A stretch of 64,000 nt of DNA from Tubiluchus corallicola. Lineage: Eukaryota > Animalia > Priapulida. The notes below the pieces were generated by a model. The model saw nothing but the letters and a program-made list of their open reading frames with translations. It ran no database searches and was not told where the DNA came from. The DNA lies in the NCBI GenBank assembly GCA_030141605.1, contig JAQGDQ010000075.1:558001-622000 (forward strand), read 5' to 3'. This document shows, in pieces, positions 25,019 to 40,000 of the stretch. The number at the start of each line of letters is the position of its first letter. The first letter of the stretch is position 1. A program made the position numbers and the translations under genes.

Positions 25019-28000
25019 ATGTCACTGAAAAAGATAGTTGGAGAAAGTAAGTGTAACTTATTATATTTATAATTTCGGTTTTTGTTGCAAAATGGACAAT
25101 TAGTATCGCTGCCTACTATTTTATTTATTATTAAATTATCCCATGCAGATACGTTGTTCAGCGTCAAAATAACAAAGCTGCAATTACTAAAACGCGTTCA
25201 CATTTTTGGTAGAAATTCTGACTGAAGTTATCCGGAATGTGTGCAGTAAGAACAGTCAGTGGAAGGTGTTGGTCGTTGATCAGATGAGTACACGCATTGT
25301 GTCTGCCTGTTGTAGAATGCATAATATTTCCAATGAAGGCATTACAAGTAAGTTTTGAAGCCTTTATTTTAAAACAATTCACCACTTAACTTTTGACTCC
25401 CAATATTATGGTCTTTGCAGTTATAAAGTTCCATAACTAAGTTCAGTAATAATAATTGAATTTTGCTTATTCATTATGCCAAACATGCTGGTTCACATTG
25501 TGCACTGGACTGAGATATCTGAGAAATGTGGCTGTTTAATGTACTGCATATATATACTGTTCTAGTGTGTACTAAGAACAATCATTCCGAAGTTTGTTTC
25601 AATAAGATTTATATTTGAAATCGTGTATAAGGATTTTAGTTAAAAAAACTTATGAAAACATTAAATTTGATTTTTAAAAATGTGCATAGGTTGCCAGTCC
25701 AGACAATCACATTTATAAATGCACGAAATCAGTCCTAAAATAGAAGGTTTGGAAAACCTTGCAAATACACTGGGACTCAAACCCACAACCTTCTGCTTTC
25801 CATGCTGCTATGCTAACCATTACACTAGAGAGGCACCTGACTTTTGAGATCTAGAAATTTTACTCTACAAACTACTAGAGGTCTATCATTCGAGTCTGTG
25901 GCTTAGATATTTTTGCGACATGGAGGTATTGAGGTCCAATGACTTATCACCTATTTTTTATGCTGCAATGAGTAGGCATACATATTTATCTTTTGTTAGC
26001 TAGTTGAACAATAAAAATAATAAAATGTAATGTAATTAAAAAGCATCACATACAAGCACTTATATAAAACTAAAATGACAAATATAAAAAATATGACAGT
26101 TACAATACAATAATATGCTCGATCTAAAATCACAATTTAATAGAAACTAAGTAACTCGTTATTATAGCATTTCTTGAAATGAAGTAAGGATGTTCAAGGA
26201 ACCTACAAGTCATGTTAAATTATGTCTATCTTTTTCTCATTGTCTTTTTTCTGCTTTTATTTGCTTTTGCCTGAATTTGTTCATAATACATGTGCAGCTC
26301 AGACTACATCAGCTTTTAAGAGCCTTCGCTCTACACAGACCGCTATTCTAAATATATAACTCGTATATGTTATGGCTGTAAATATTTTTGATTTTATGAA
26401 GTAGTTATCTGTCACTTCTTCAGATGTTATCACATGGTTTTGACTTTTTTTGCAAGTCAAGTTTAAATAAATAGTGTAATACGTGTAGCTGCTGAGTTAC
26501 CTCAATGCACATACCTGTAAAGTCAAATTATTGGAATAAATTCTTTTTAATAACTGATAAATTGTGAAGCATTTTATTTTATTTCATACTTTTATAATTT
26601 ATTTTTCAGTCGTGGAAGATCTCATGAAAAAAAGGGAACCACTGCCAAAACTTGAGGCCATTTATTTCATTACACCAACAGATGCGGTAAAAACTTGTTC
26701 TTAATATAACGAATTGAACAATTTTAGCAAGCTTCAAGTATGTTGGAAGTTTCCCACATGTAATGACCTTGAGTTACACTTTTAAACAAAAAGCTTTCAC
26801 TCTGAATATTTGAAAATCTAGGTCAAAGTGTTTTTCTTGCTTATTAGCTGTTTGTAAATGCAAATCATTTTCACTACTAATACCTTTAATATGTCAACCT
26901 ATTACATTTTTAAGAAAAGGATAATTTTTGCATTGTACGTGCAATTATGACGATAGGAAAACAGCATGAGCAGAAAAGGTAGAATTCGGTTCTTATAGGT
27001 TTAAATAATTTTGCGAAACGGATATGGTGTGTGTGTGTTTCAGGCCTAGTGTCCATTTTAACATTTGGAGGACTATGAAGCTAAATCAGTTTGATATTCT
27101 TCTGCGCTGGAGCGCATTGTCTTTACGTAAAACTAACTGCTTTATTTGCTATATATGTACAACTGCACTTGCATTTTCGTATGCATTATTAGCTGACTTT
27201 TATTTCTTTGTGATAGTAAACTTGGGAATTAACATAAGTAAATTGCGCATTACTAAAACATCGATAAGTGCAGCTGCGATAGTGACAATAGCCTAGTCAA
27301 ATTAGCCTAACGGAAAAGGATAAAAAATGAGATGCTTTACATACATTCTAGAAATATTTTTGCATTAATTAGCTAAAATTCTAAGATATAAAAACTATGT
27401 TGGTTGGCAGAATGCAGGTTAAATAATTTTTTGACTAAATTCTTTTAACTGACTTAAAAGTAATTTATTCAAAAAATAATTGTTTCAGCAAAAACACATA
27501 TATCATATCACTCGCTTTAAGGATTTCTTGTTCAGATTTTATCAGATTAAGTCTAACCTTCATTATTTTTTCTTTTCCGCAATAGAAGCTTTTGGATGTA
27601 TTTTGTTGAAAAACTTCCGATAGTAATGACATACATTATAACTTTTGTTATTTTTATGTAGATCATACATTATTTTTTGGATTTCAAATTGTTTATAATG
27701 CTGACTTTCTGCAATACTGCAGTCTTAAGGATTTTAATATTCTTAGTGTCAATAAGTTTAAGATATGAACCTCGTGTTCTGAGTTAATGTCTGAAAATAT
27801 TTTAATTACAGTTACCTATGTAAGGAATAATTTAGAAAAGCTAATTACTAAGATGTAACTGTAGAAATGTAAGTAAAATGTGAAATAGATGGCATTATTT
27901 TTTGTTTTTTAACAGTCTGTTTCTCAGTTGATAGCAGATTTTACATCTATGGGAAATCTGTACCTGGCTGCACACGTTTTTTTTACCGAAGGTAGGATAG

Positions 28001-31000
28001 CTGGCTATATATTCTTTTCAGTAATGTCCAACTGGAATTGAACTTTAAAAATAAATTATTTATTTGCATTAAATTAAGCACTATAGCACTAAAACTAAGG
28101 TATTTACAGTGTAAGTTTTGCAGGTTGGTTTTCAAGTTATTTATGTTTATTTCATTAATTGTTTTATTTGTGCCACACTTGTGGATAAACTCGCAGTAAC
28201 AAAGTCTTCAAAACATTTTAATTTCTTTAACAATATACTCTGTAAAAAACACTTAAACATTTTAATTTTGAAATTTTTGCCTTAGTTATTTTTTCAGTTA
28301 CATTAGTGCTTAAATAGAACTTTGTACTAAGTTAGTGTGATGTTTGGTTTATCTAACCGTGTATTAAATCTATATTGAAACATGAGTAATTAATTATGGG
28401 TGAGAAGTTTGTGAATTGTTCAAAATACTTGACATAATAGAATAGTTGAGTAAATTTATTGATAAAAGGATGTGTGCATTGTGTAGAATGCTTCTCAAGA
28501 TGATAATGACTGCAAAGGTCTCCTGAAACATAGATCATCAATATCCAGATAATTACTTGCATAACGCTAACATTAAATTGCTTATATAGCAACCGTCTTA
28601 TGTATTCTTTTATAGCTTGCCCCGAGGAGGTGTTCAAAAAATTATGCCAGTCACATGTTGCAAGATATTTAAAAACTTTGAAAGAAGTCAATATTGCATT
28701 TCTTCCATATGAGACTCAGGTGAGCGAAGAAAAATGTAAATTCAAATCATTTGTTAAGGCTTGTCGTTGGAAATTGGAAGTTTCGATTTAAGCAAAACTG
28801 TCTTGAAGAAGAAGAAAAATGTGGCAATTATGTCAAGCAGAACTTTTATTTTTTTCAAACTTTTATTAATTTATTATTTTGATCTCTAATCAAGCACTAT
28901 ATTCCAATGCACAAATATTTTTTTTGGATTTTGTACCAAAAGATGCCAAAATGATCATATTCTTTTGACATTTAGACTAACTATCATATTAATTAATTGA
29001 TGTGTTACACTTGTTGAATTCTTTTGATGTCAGTTGAATATTTTGTGCACAAATTATTTTGTGATGTTTCATTTTGAACTTATCTGCATTATTACCTGTA
29101 TCAGGTTATAGTACTTAATATCACAGACAATTGCTTTTTGTGTCATTAGTATTCTTGTGATATTGTTTTTTGGCAGGTTTTCTCTTTAGATGTTCCAGAA
29201 GCCTTCCGCTATTTTTATAGTCCGTCCAAACAAAGCGACAAAATCAAAAGATTAGAACAAGTAGCTGAGCAAATAGCCACGCTTTGTGCCACTCTTGGAG
29301 AGTATCCAAGTATCAGATATCGCAGGTAAGTGTTGTGGTGTTGTTTTTTAATGTTGAACGTATTTCTTTCAAGATTTGAAAATATCAATCCAGCAGCATT
29401 TAGAGTGTTATATGGTTAGATGAGACTCTTGAACCATATCTAGTGATAGTGTGATGAATAAAACTCTGCTGATGCAACCATAAATTCTTCTATATTGGCA
29501 GAGCAACCTACTCCATTTGCAATTTTTTTGGAAACTTATTTCCCTTCATTGTCCCATTGTCTTATTTTAGAGTACTTCTTTGAATCCTTGACTTATTCTA
29601 GGATCCTTCCTTGTCCCATTAGCTTATTTTAGGAATCCAAAGTATTTAGGTAGGCTGACCCTATTACATAATTTTCATTACATTCGTTGTAACTTTGCAT
29701 TCTGATTTGTGCAACGTGTTCTGACTCTGTTATCTAAGCACATTTGTAAATTTTGATTATAAACAACATGCACGCATGTACATTGCATACTTCTTGGTGG
29801 TAATTCTTTAGGGAGTAATCACCGTGTGAAAAATGTCTGACACTTGTCCTGCCATGAACATGTGAGAACGATAGCCTTTGCATTTACTTTGTTTATTATT
29901 CTGCTGCTGCCTTAAAGTGTGAGCTTTTCTGGATTGCCTTCTTTTCAGCTTGAGATGGTTTTCTAGATGTGTGTAAAACTGTATATGACTATTGCTTGAT
30001 CTTGTAACTTAAAAAAACTCCAAATTAAGCCTAGGTAACAAAAGCAACATCTGCAGAAGAATGGCATCATCTGCTTCTGTAAAATCATTTGAACTGTTTT
30101 GATGTAACAAAATGCTGAACATTTCTTCTTTGAAGAATTTCCAGGTATTTTGGTACTTTTGATGATAAAACTAGATGACAACATCTTAGATGAACCCTAT
30201 GTGATATTGTAGCGCTCTTTTCACTATTTGATTTGGTTCTTTTGTGTGTCTACTATATCTACTACAACTACTCTATACGAACTATGCGTGTTTACTCAGT
30301 GATTCCCTATACCCTGTAACTCTTATATTGTGCTGGTTGCTGCTGCCTACATGCTTCCATTCTTCATTATCTTGCTCCTTTTTTGATTTTCTTCAAATGG
30401 TGTTCCCATTCTTGCATAGAATTAGATCCTATCTCATCTAGCATTGAATTATCTACCTGTTTGTTTTATCACTTCGTTCTTTAGTAAATACCATAATCAT
30501 TTGAGACTTTAATGTTCATTGTTTATCATAAAGACTGAATGTGGATCATATTCAAACCAGGATCTGTATAGTAAAGTCAATGCAGAGGAATGGATGGTTA
30601 ACATCAAATGGAGAAGATTAAGATGAATAAGACATCTTATATGACTACCAGATGACAGCCCATTAAAATTAGCCTTCAAAGAATCATTGCAGAAAGAAAA
30701 GAAAAAAACCACTAGGAGGACAACTGCTGACTTACATCAATTTCATCCAAAAAGATCTTATCAACGCGCCATTAGACATCAAAAATACAGAGACATGGGA
30801 GCTTGCGGGTGACAGGGCAGCGTGGTCTGAAGTGATACCAAGGATCATGTCAGAGGACGTGTGACTCCGGCAATGATGATGATAAAGGCTGACTTACACA
30901 CTCTCATACAATCTGTATACTGTATTTGTTTCACATAATTTTTGAGAATTTCCATACATGTAAATTGGTCGGCTACTTTTAAATAGTAGGATTTAGTTGC

Positions 31001-34000
31001 TAGGTTCGTAGATATACATTTACTATTTCATAATCAACTTAAGGTTTCGGACACTTTGGACTGTGCTAATAAGTTTTGTGTTGAAATTGCAGGTTTATCA
31101 TCAGCTATCTATTTCCTCTTTGACTTTACACATTAATAAATTTGAGATTTCTTATTTGTTTTAGTGATTTTCCTGGTAATGTGGAATTGTGTCAACTTGT
31201 TAATGAGAAGTTGATGGCATACAGGGCAGATGATCCTACAATGGGCGAGGTGAGTTACTAATTTTTTAGTTTCGCTAAGCAGAATATAAAATCTTGCTAG
31301 CATTGTCAGCATTAAGTTAAGGTCATTTTTTAGTTATTAGCCCTGTTATTCATGCAAATAAGCTAGGGACGTTGCCTTTCCTGTGTGTTTATGGATATTT
31401 GCAATACTCAACTGCCGATATTTGTTTACCCTTTGTGTTTTACTAGGTCGCAAGAGGTGTCAGGGGTTCAGCTGTTTTTATCACAATGTTTTGCAAGTGA
31501 GGAAAATACTTAAACAGTCATAATGTGTGCTTAGTGGCTAAAGTTAAGCAGTGTAGAGGCTGGTCAATTTAATTGATGGCTTCATACTTGCTCTGAGCAA
31601 TTTTGTTTGCTATGCTAATTGTGGCCGTTCACCTCATTGAGAGACAATGAATCCATCTAGCCAAATGTGGCTAAAACAAACCCTGCTGTTTGAGTATCTC
31701 ATCTTAGTAGAAGGAGCAGCTTCAAATTGCATGACAGCCATCTATAGAAAGCAAGAAGCGACGTAGAATGTTGGCTTTTGTTTGCCAAATTGTATTAAAC
31801 AATTATTGAGGGAAATTGTGAACTCTGAGAGTTATTTCCCCTGTTTAACTGTTTCATAAATTCCATAGTTAATGTACCTTTTCAAACAAACAATATTTTT
31901 TTCTAAAGCTGCAATAAGTTAATAACAGGTATGTCATACATTCGCGACATTAGCCTGTTTAAACACCCCCTGAGAGCTAATTTCATCTATTTTTGAACTG
32001 AATCTGTTGGCTAAACTGCTCTTGTGGTGTCAATTCCATAGCATTGTATTCATTGGGTATTAAATTGCACTTCATTAAGCTTTTGACATTGAATCTCAAT
32101 GACTAGCTTGGGTTGCATTTTACTGTATTGTATTTTTTCAGCTTAATTGGCACCTACTGTTCTGTTTATAATTATGCTATATATGTCGTGTCTATTGACT
32201 GTAATTTGCTGTCATTTTTTTCAATTTTACTAAAATGCTACCGCATTTTGTGCTAACGTCTTTATCTAATACTATTTACTAAAAAAGTTTAAAAAGGTTA
32301 AAGCTTCAAATGGGAATGATTGTGGCTATTTTAGGGTTTAGACAAAGCAAGATCTCAACTGATGATATTAGACAGAGGTATTGATGTTGTGTCGCCACTG
32401 CTTCACGAACTCACATTTCAGGCCATGGTGTATGATTTACTACAGATTGATAATGATGTGTATAGGTAACTATTTTTCTGGATATCTAAACAACTGACAG
32501 TGACAGTTGCAAAAAAGGTTTACAAATTTTGAAAAATAACTTTGAATATTGTTTAATTCTTTCAGTGATTTGATAATAAATTTCGTTGTTTCTGCATTAT
32601 CTTGAAAGATGATTGATGCACTTATTTGAAAGTCCAATAATTATTTCATTTGAGTATTTAGAATAAAACATTTTTTATTAATTTTATGAAATGGCTTTTT
32701 ATAAAATCTGTAATCTGGTTTGAATTTGAGAGCAGGCTTTCGAATGAATTTTAAAAGTCAGTTCGGTTTTGAAATTATTTTTTCTACATGTTGGGGTATG
32801 GTTGATTGTAATTTTTATTGATTGGTAGATGTGGGGATATGGTCGATTGTAATTTTTATTGATTGGTAGATATTCCACGTCACAGTCCGTAAAGCAAGGG
32901 GAGGAGATTCATGATAAGGAGGTACTGCTTGATGAAAACGATGACCTCTGGGCTTCCTTGCGCCACCAGCACATTGCCATCGTATCTCAGTATGTTAAAT
33001 GTTTTCTCTGTTTTTACTTTTAATAAACTTGATTAAATTTAATTAAATAAATTAAATATTACTTTTAATTACCTTCCGGCATTGGGCTAATAATCAATTG
33101 CATGAACGTTTTATATGCGGGGTTAATTGTGTGATTGCACGTGTTTTTTTTTCTTTTTTTAAAAAGTTTTTCCCTTTTTACACCATTTTCAAAAAGAAAA
33201 AAATCTATTCTATTATAATTTATAGATCAGTTACAAAACAACTGAAGAAATTTGCGGAAACTAAGCACATGATGCACCCTGGTGACAAACCTGCGAATAT
33301 GCGTGACTTGTCGCAGATGCTAAAAAAGATGCCCCAATATCAGAAAGAACTCAGCAAGTATTCCACACATCTCAATCTAGCGGAAGATTGCATGAAAACA
33401 TATCAGAAAGGAGTCGATAAGCTCTGCAAGGTTGAGCAGGTGTGTTGAATTTTCTTATAAGGCAGAATAAAATTACCATAAATCAAATTCGTAATGAGTC
33501 TAAAATGTCAGCAAGAAATATGTTTACATTATGGTGTTCTCAGTTTCTGAAAATTTTACAAATTTGGATTAAAAATTACCTTCCTACATGGTGAAGCTTT
33601 TTCCACAAATCACCCTAAACAAGACTGACTGACTACTCAAGACAAGAGGCTCTACTAAAAGGGTGAAGATAGGAATATCTGTCACGAGAAATAGACTATC
33701 TAGTTTGCTAATGACCGAATGTATCTGTTGATGTTCATCTCGAATTTAAGAAGATGTAGTCAGCTTAAATTTTAGAAGTATTTGTAATTGACAGGCCAGC
33801 TTAAATATAAAGTAGTCAACGAAATTAACTTTAGATCATCTTTAAGATTTCACATCTTATATGTATAATATGTTTTAAGTTATAATAAGATGATAGAACT
33901 CGTATTTTGTAAGAACTACGAAGCTTGTGGACATAGCAAACTTACTAAAGCAAACATTTTTCAGAGATTTAAAATTTTGCCACACGTATGGCAATTGTGG

Positions 34001-37000
34001 TCAGCAGAGTTTAGGCAAAATAAATAGTAATTCTTTATAATAATCATAGTTAGTAAAGAATTCCTCAAACCTATCCTGATATTATAACAGTGCAGTTATG
34101 ATGGTTATGCTTAAAATGTTTTCACTCCCCATTTTTTTATTTAAAATTGTGTATATGTTGACCTTCAAAGCCTGTAAAACTCTTATATGTTAAGTCCTCG
34201 CTTGATGATGCTAATGCATAAGGAAATGTGTCATTAAGCAAAATGTTGCTAAATGAAACAATGCTTTCCATAAAAAATAATGAAAAAGCATTCAGTTGCA
34301 TTTTAGAAGCAACAATCAATAATGCTTGGCTATGTAAAAGCATTCAGTTGCTTGCAGCTGAACAAAAATCTGTGAAGGGTGGCTATGTAAAAAACCTTCA
34401 ATTATGTTATAGGAGAAAAATCAATAACCCTTGACTCATTAATTAAACACTTTATAGGGATTATTACTTACAGTTTTATCAGCATCGTTTTCAATGTCGT
34501 TTTTGCCACAGCTAAAATGCTAATGAGGTGAACGCAGCAGTTAACTACGTAACATGAGATTATTTTATAATCCATAAAAATTTTGTGTAAACGTGGGAAA
34601 ACAATGATTCGTCATGGTCTGACTGCCTGCTTTCCACCATAATAACCATGTGGTGATCTGTGTTAAATGGTCAGCTTCATTCTTACAGTGCGTAGTAAAC
34701 AAAATTTTGTGCTTAAAGGTTAATGATCATTGTTAAAACGAAACATGCGGCATTAAGTGAAACAATGTAGCAAAAAATTAGCGTCTTTAAAAACGTAATG
34801 TCGCTTAGCAGGGTGTCGTTAAGCGAGGGCTTACTGAAGTATGTTGACTTCTAAACACAATGATAAAATACTAAAATAACTAAATATAGATAAGGAAGCT
34901 ATACTGTATTTTTCAATAAAAATGCACAATTGCCAATTTTGAGACTGCTCTGACTTGATTAAATTAGTAAATGAGAGTCCGGTTGATTTTAGTTTACTAA
35001 ATTTAAGTATAGATTCCATTGTGGTCTTGTGGAATTTATTTATGGAAATATCTAGTTTTTAAATCTGAACCAATATTATTTATCAGAAGTATAATTATGG
35101 ATGATTTCAATTCAAGTGTGTTGGTTTTTAATTTGGCGCTTATTATTATTTATTTTTCAGGATCTCGCTCTTGGTACTGGTCCTGATGGGGAGAGAATCA
35201 AGGATCATATGAAGAATATTGTCCCACGTCTTCTAGATGACAATGCTACCATTAACGACAAAATACGAATTATTCTTCTCTACATCTTGCACAAAAATGG
35301 TATTATAATCAGTTCTGTTATTTACTTTGCTGCCTGGCTTGTTGTGTGATTAGCTTGTTGGTTTGTGAGTTTGTTCTTTAGTTAGCTGGTTGGCAAATGA
35401 ATTTCTTATTTGTTTAGCTGGTTGAATAGCGAATTTTTGTTTGGTTAGCTGGCCAGTTAATGAATTTTCTATTTAATGAATTTGCTGATTGATTTGTGTC
35501 AGGTAATCATATAATTGATTTTATTTTATTAATTTAACATGTTCATAATTTAACCATTTTTATGTCAAAGAATTAACTGTGCAACCAGAACCCGTGCTTC
35601 CATGAGATATTTTGAAACTCTGTGAGAATGAATTTGCAGTACATAAACTTGGCTAGGTTAAATTTTATTTTTTTGTTAAACAACAACTGTTTTTTTAAAA
35701 TTAAATACCATATGTCCGGCATGGTGTGGCCCTGCACCATATTTTCTGTACCTGCAAGGTTAACAAACCAAAGCAATAATGTCTTCATAAATTTGCTAAT
35801 TGTTAACCTTGCTGAACAGATAATGCAAAAATAATCTTTTAAGAAATGCAACTTTTTACCTCTTTTTCCAATAAGTTATTGTCATTTGTCAAGTAAGAAC
35901 ATTTAATAATAATGTTTAAGTAATACTTTTTTCTGAAATTTAATTAATTAAATATTGATTTAACTTCATAAATAAGAAAATAATACAGTAGCAAGTCACC
36001 TAGTTTGATAAATTCATACTATAAGCCCAACTATTATATACCATAACTGTTATATACCGTACTAATTTAATTCCGTAGGCATTCATAGTTGAGCTGGTTA
36101 TTCATAATAAGAAAGACGGCGCAATATGTGTGGCATGAATGAATTTGTTTTTGGATTTAATTTAATTCATCAGAGATGTTTACAAAATTAAATCTCGTTC
36201 ATAATGTAATACAGCAGCACTGCTGGATATTAACTTAAAAGTAATTTTTGCAGGAATTACCGACGAAAACCTTTCCAAGCTTTGCCAGCATGCAAAGATT
36301 CCTGCTGCTGACAGAACTGCAATAACTAATCTGCAGCATCTAGGAATTCCTATCATATCAGATGTAAGTGTTTTGCTTGTTTGGAATCAAACTGTTTTTA
36401 CGATTCAAATTCTTCCTGCACTGTACTGTGCACTTTTTAGTAAATAAGCAAGAAAATTTCGTGTAGTTTTTGTTTGATGAGCACATTTATGTTCTTGTAG
36501 TTGGAGTGTACCTATTTTTTAACTTGGGTTATTAGAGTTTAGACTGCTGTGTTTAAGTTGGGTATTCAGCTTGAATTTTTTCAAGTGTTAGTGAAAAGTG
36601 ATGGTTACATACATACCATTACAATTTAAAAAGAGCGTTCGTCTTTCTTGAAATAACTATCTTCTTTTAAAGCATCATTGTGTCATTAAATTAGACCTGT
36701 TACTGATTCTCTCTTCCTTGCGTATGCATAAAATAAAAAGATTTCCTGAAAACCACCACTATCTGAAACTAAAGGCAGTTTCAAATTTTATTTCAACAGG
36801 ATTTTAAGTATTTTTCAGTACTTTAATTTTTTTCCTAAAAAAGCATATTTTATTTTGTAAGTTGAGATGATTTCTTCATTTGTAGGGACATATTATAGCA
36901 GTAAGAGTGTGACAGCTTCACACATGCATGTCAAATGTAAAGTCCTAAAAACAGTCATATTTGATTTCTGGGCTTGAATGTTGTCACTGATTCCCCAGGC

Positions 37001-40000
37001 ATAAAGTAAATGCTCAGTTTTAGAAAAAGTGTCTTTTTCAAAATCCAAATGTTGAAGTGGCATACTGAAAAGCTTTACATCTTTCTGAGTAGTGATTACA
37101 TTATTTATTGAAGTATTTAATTTTCTTACTAAGGTAGTTCATTTTTGTTCACTGTAAGTTGCACAATTGTTCATTTCATAATTTAGCTAAATTTATTATT
37201 ATTTTTGTCAATTTTTTTTCTTTTGTTATGTTTCTCTATGCAAAATGATATCAATTAAAATAATATTCGTATAGTGGAAGTATGATTTTTACTTTTAATC
37301 ATTTTTGACTTTTGCATACATTCGTGTACTCCAGATTAATTTACACTCAAATATTACAGCTTGAATTCACTTTTGTTTACAGGCAGCAAATCGCAAACGA
37401 CCTTGGGCACCACCAAGAAAAGATCGTGTAACTGAGCAAACGTATGCGCTTTCACGATGGACTCCTCTTATCAAGGACATCATGGAAGTAAATAATCAAA
37501 CAGCTTTAATACCTTTAGCAATAGAATGTTAGATTAAACAATTGACATTATGTTTAATGTGGTTGTTTGCTTCACCAGCACACACCACCTGAGCTTAAGT
37601 TGTAAAAAACATGATTGATGAATGCAGTCAATGCGCTTCTCTGACATGGCAATAAACTTTGCCTGCATTTAAAAGATTTCATAACAAAATAATTCATATT
37701 ATGATGCCATTAGAGTACTGTTTGCTCAGCAGTTGGAGGAAAGGTAACTTTTTGACAAGTGCCTTAGCTTTGTGTCCTCTTTTTATAACTCCTGCCATGC
37801 AAGTTTTTTGGAGAGCCTGCGTGAAGAAAGTGTAGTAAGTTCCAGTTAATAGACTCGCTTTGGGATATTTTGACCCAATTAATCAACTGATCCAATTAGC
37901 CGACGGGTGTAACATATTACTACTATAGGGGTATGAGTCATTGCTCATCACCTTAGTAGGCATTGCTGTAAATGGAATTAATGTGAAAATTCCTATATGC
38001 AATTATTATTTACTATTAACTTATATAATTGAATTAATAAAAAAAACAAAAAAATCACTCAAATCTGATTATTACTATTAAAAATACAAAAATTCATGCA
38101 AGGTCGGTTGCTTTATTTCTTCACTAAGAAGTCGGTTTCTGAAATTGAAAATCTGTTGCTGTGTGCTGTACATGTTCACACAAAACACCTAGTCACCTAG
38201 TGCTTGAGCTTCACCTTGTTTCCCTTGTGAAAAGCAGCGGGTGCTTCTAAAGCAAACCACTGGGCAAGTGATCAAATGTTTAGCTTCCAGAAACAATGAG
38301 GTTAACTAGGCTAGCGTAATAATGCATATGATGAACTTAGCTGCTTACAAACAAAGCTGTACTTAAACATAACTGTTTCTACATATATTATAGTGCACAA
38401 AAGTGAAATAAAGTTGACATAAAAGTAGTAAAAGCTCTTTGATCACGCACTAATGTCGTTAAGTATGTTAAGGAAGAATATTGAGTCAATTATGCAGAGT
38501 TATTTGAATCAATTACTGGTGTTTCTATATACATATGTATATATGCGGCCAGTAAAAGGCATTTTTGAGTCAATTAAGCGACTAATTATGTTAACTAGTG
38601 TAATAAATGGCACCTACTGTACCAAATTTTGAAAACAGAATTTATAAAATTGTATAAAACTGAGAATGAATAGGATATTCTTTGTTTTTGTGTCACGGTA
38701 TACATTTCTAATGACACCCTGTTTCAAATATTGGCAAAGTTGCATTCTTTCTTCTGAATGCAGTGTGTTTTTTCAAGTAGGAAAGATTAGCAAACTAACT
38801 GACTCTTTTTACAAAATGCAATGCAGCAAGAGCGATTATAATTGTGAGAATCATGACCTTACAATGATATTTGGGCCATTTAGAAAACCTGTTGTGACTA
38901 CTGTGATTAAATATTAGATCTCGCAATTTTTTAGGATGCAATTGCTGACAAGTTGGACAATGAACATTTTCCTTATCTTGCTGGAAGGGAGGCCACAGCA
39001 GGGTTTGCAACTTCTGCTGGCAGGTATGTCAAATGTTTTTCTGCTTTTTGAGACTGGCTGTTTCTCTTTATTAATGCCAATATTTGTTATTTATTAATAC
39101 TCATGAAATAACACCATGTAGCATGTTAATGACATTTTGGATAAAAATACCACAGCAAGCATTTTCCAAAACCCTGTCAAACAGAATTTTTCCAACAATG
39201 CGCTGGACTTTTCTAACTACTGTTTAACTTATTGCAAAAAATATATAAAGATATTATAAATTATTAGAAGCTATAAATAATTTATATTACTTTCCCCAAG
39301 TTAGATTTTTTTGTTTTTGCAAAGTTTGGGAAAAAATCACTCACTCTAAATGATCACTCTGTCTTAGGATTTACCTAATGAGATACATGTCAGAGGATCA
39401 ATTTCCGATAATTAGTTAGTTGCTGAAATAAAGAAAATTACAATTCGATTTTTACTGGTTGTAAACGTCTGTACTAGTAAGCTTTCTAGTTTTTGTAGGT
39501 AACGTTCATTTACTACAAATGTAGTATCAATTGTGTGCTGCACATAGCTTCCCACTCTTATTTGAGAATTCCTTTTAAAAGGCTGTTTTCAAAAGAAATT
39601 AAAATAGAAATTTTAATTTGATTATTGACATAATGTAGTGCTCGTTATGGTCGATGGCATAAAGATAAAGGTGGGCCAAACATTGTCACAGGACCACGAC
39701 TAATCATCTTTGTCATAGGAGGCATCACATTCTCAGAAATGCGGTCTGCATATGAAGTAACTCGTACTTCCAAACCCTGGGAAGTGCTGATTGGTGAGTA
39801 CACTAATGCATCTGAGGACATGTTTCATTTTTCTGTTATTTTTCTATTACTGCATAGTGCATATAATATTGATCTTTCTGCTCTTGGCTACATCTAACTA
39901 ACACAATGTTAGGATTTTGTTCATTTTGATTTACATTTTACACAAACAGTAAGGAAGCATCCCATATTCTTACTTTTACGAATGATGCCAAGATAAATTA

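Noticed and set aside
25761-25835. tRNA gene
   Set aside because: A/B boxes present but stems do not pair into a cloverleaf; better explained as a SINE head
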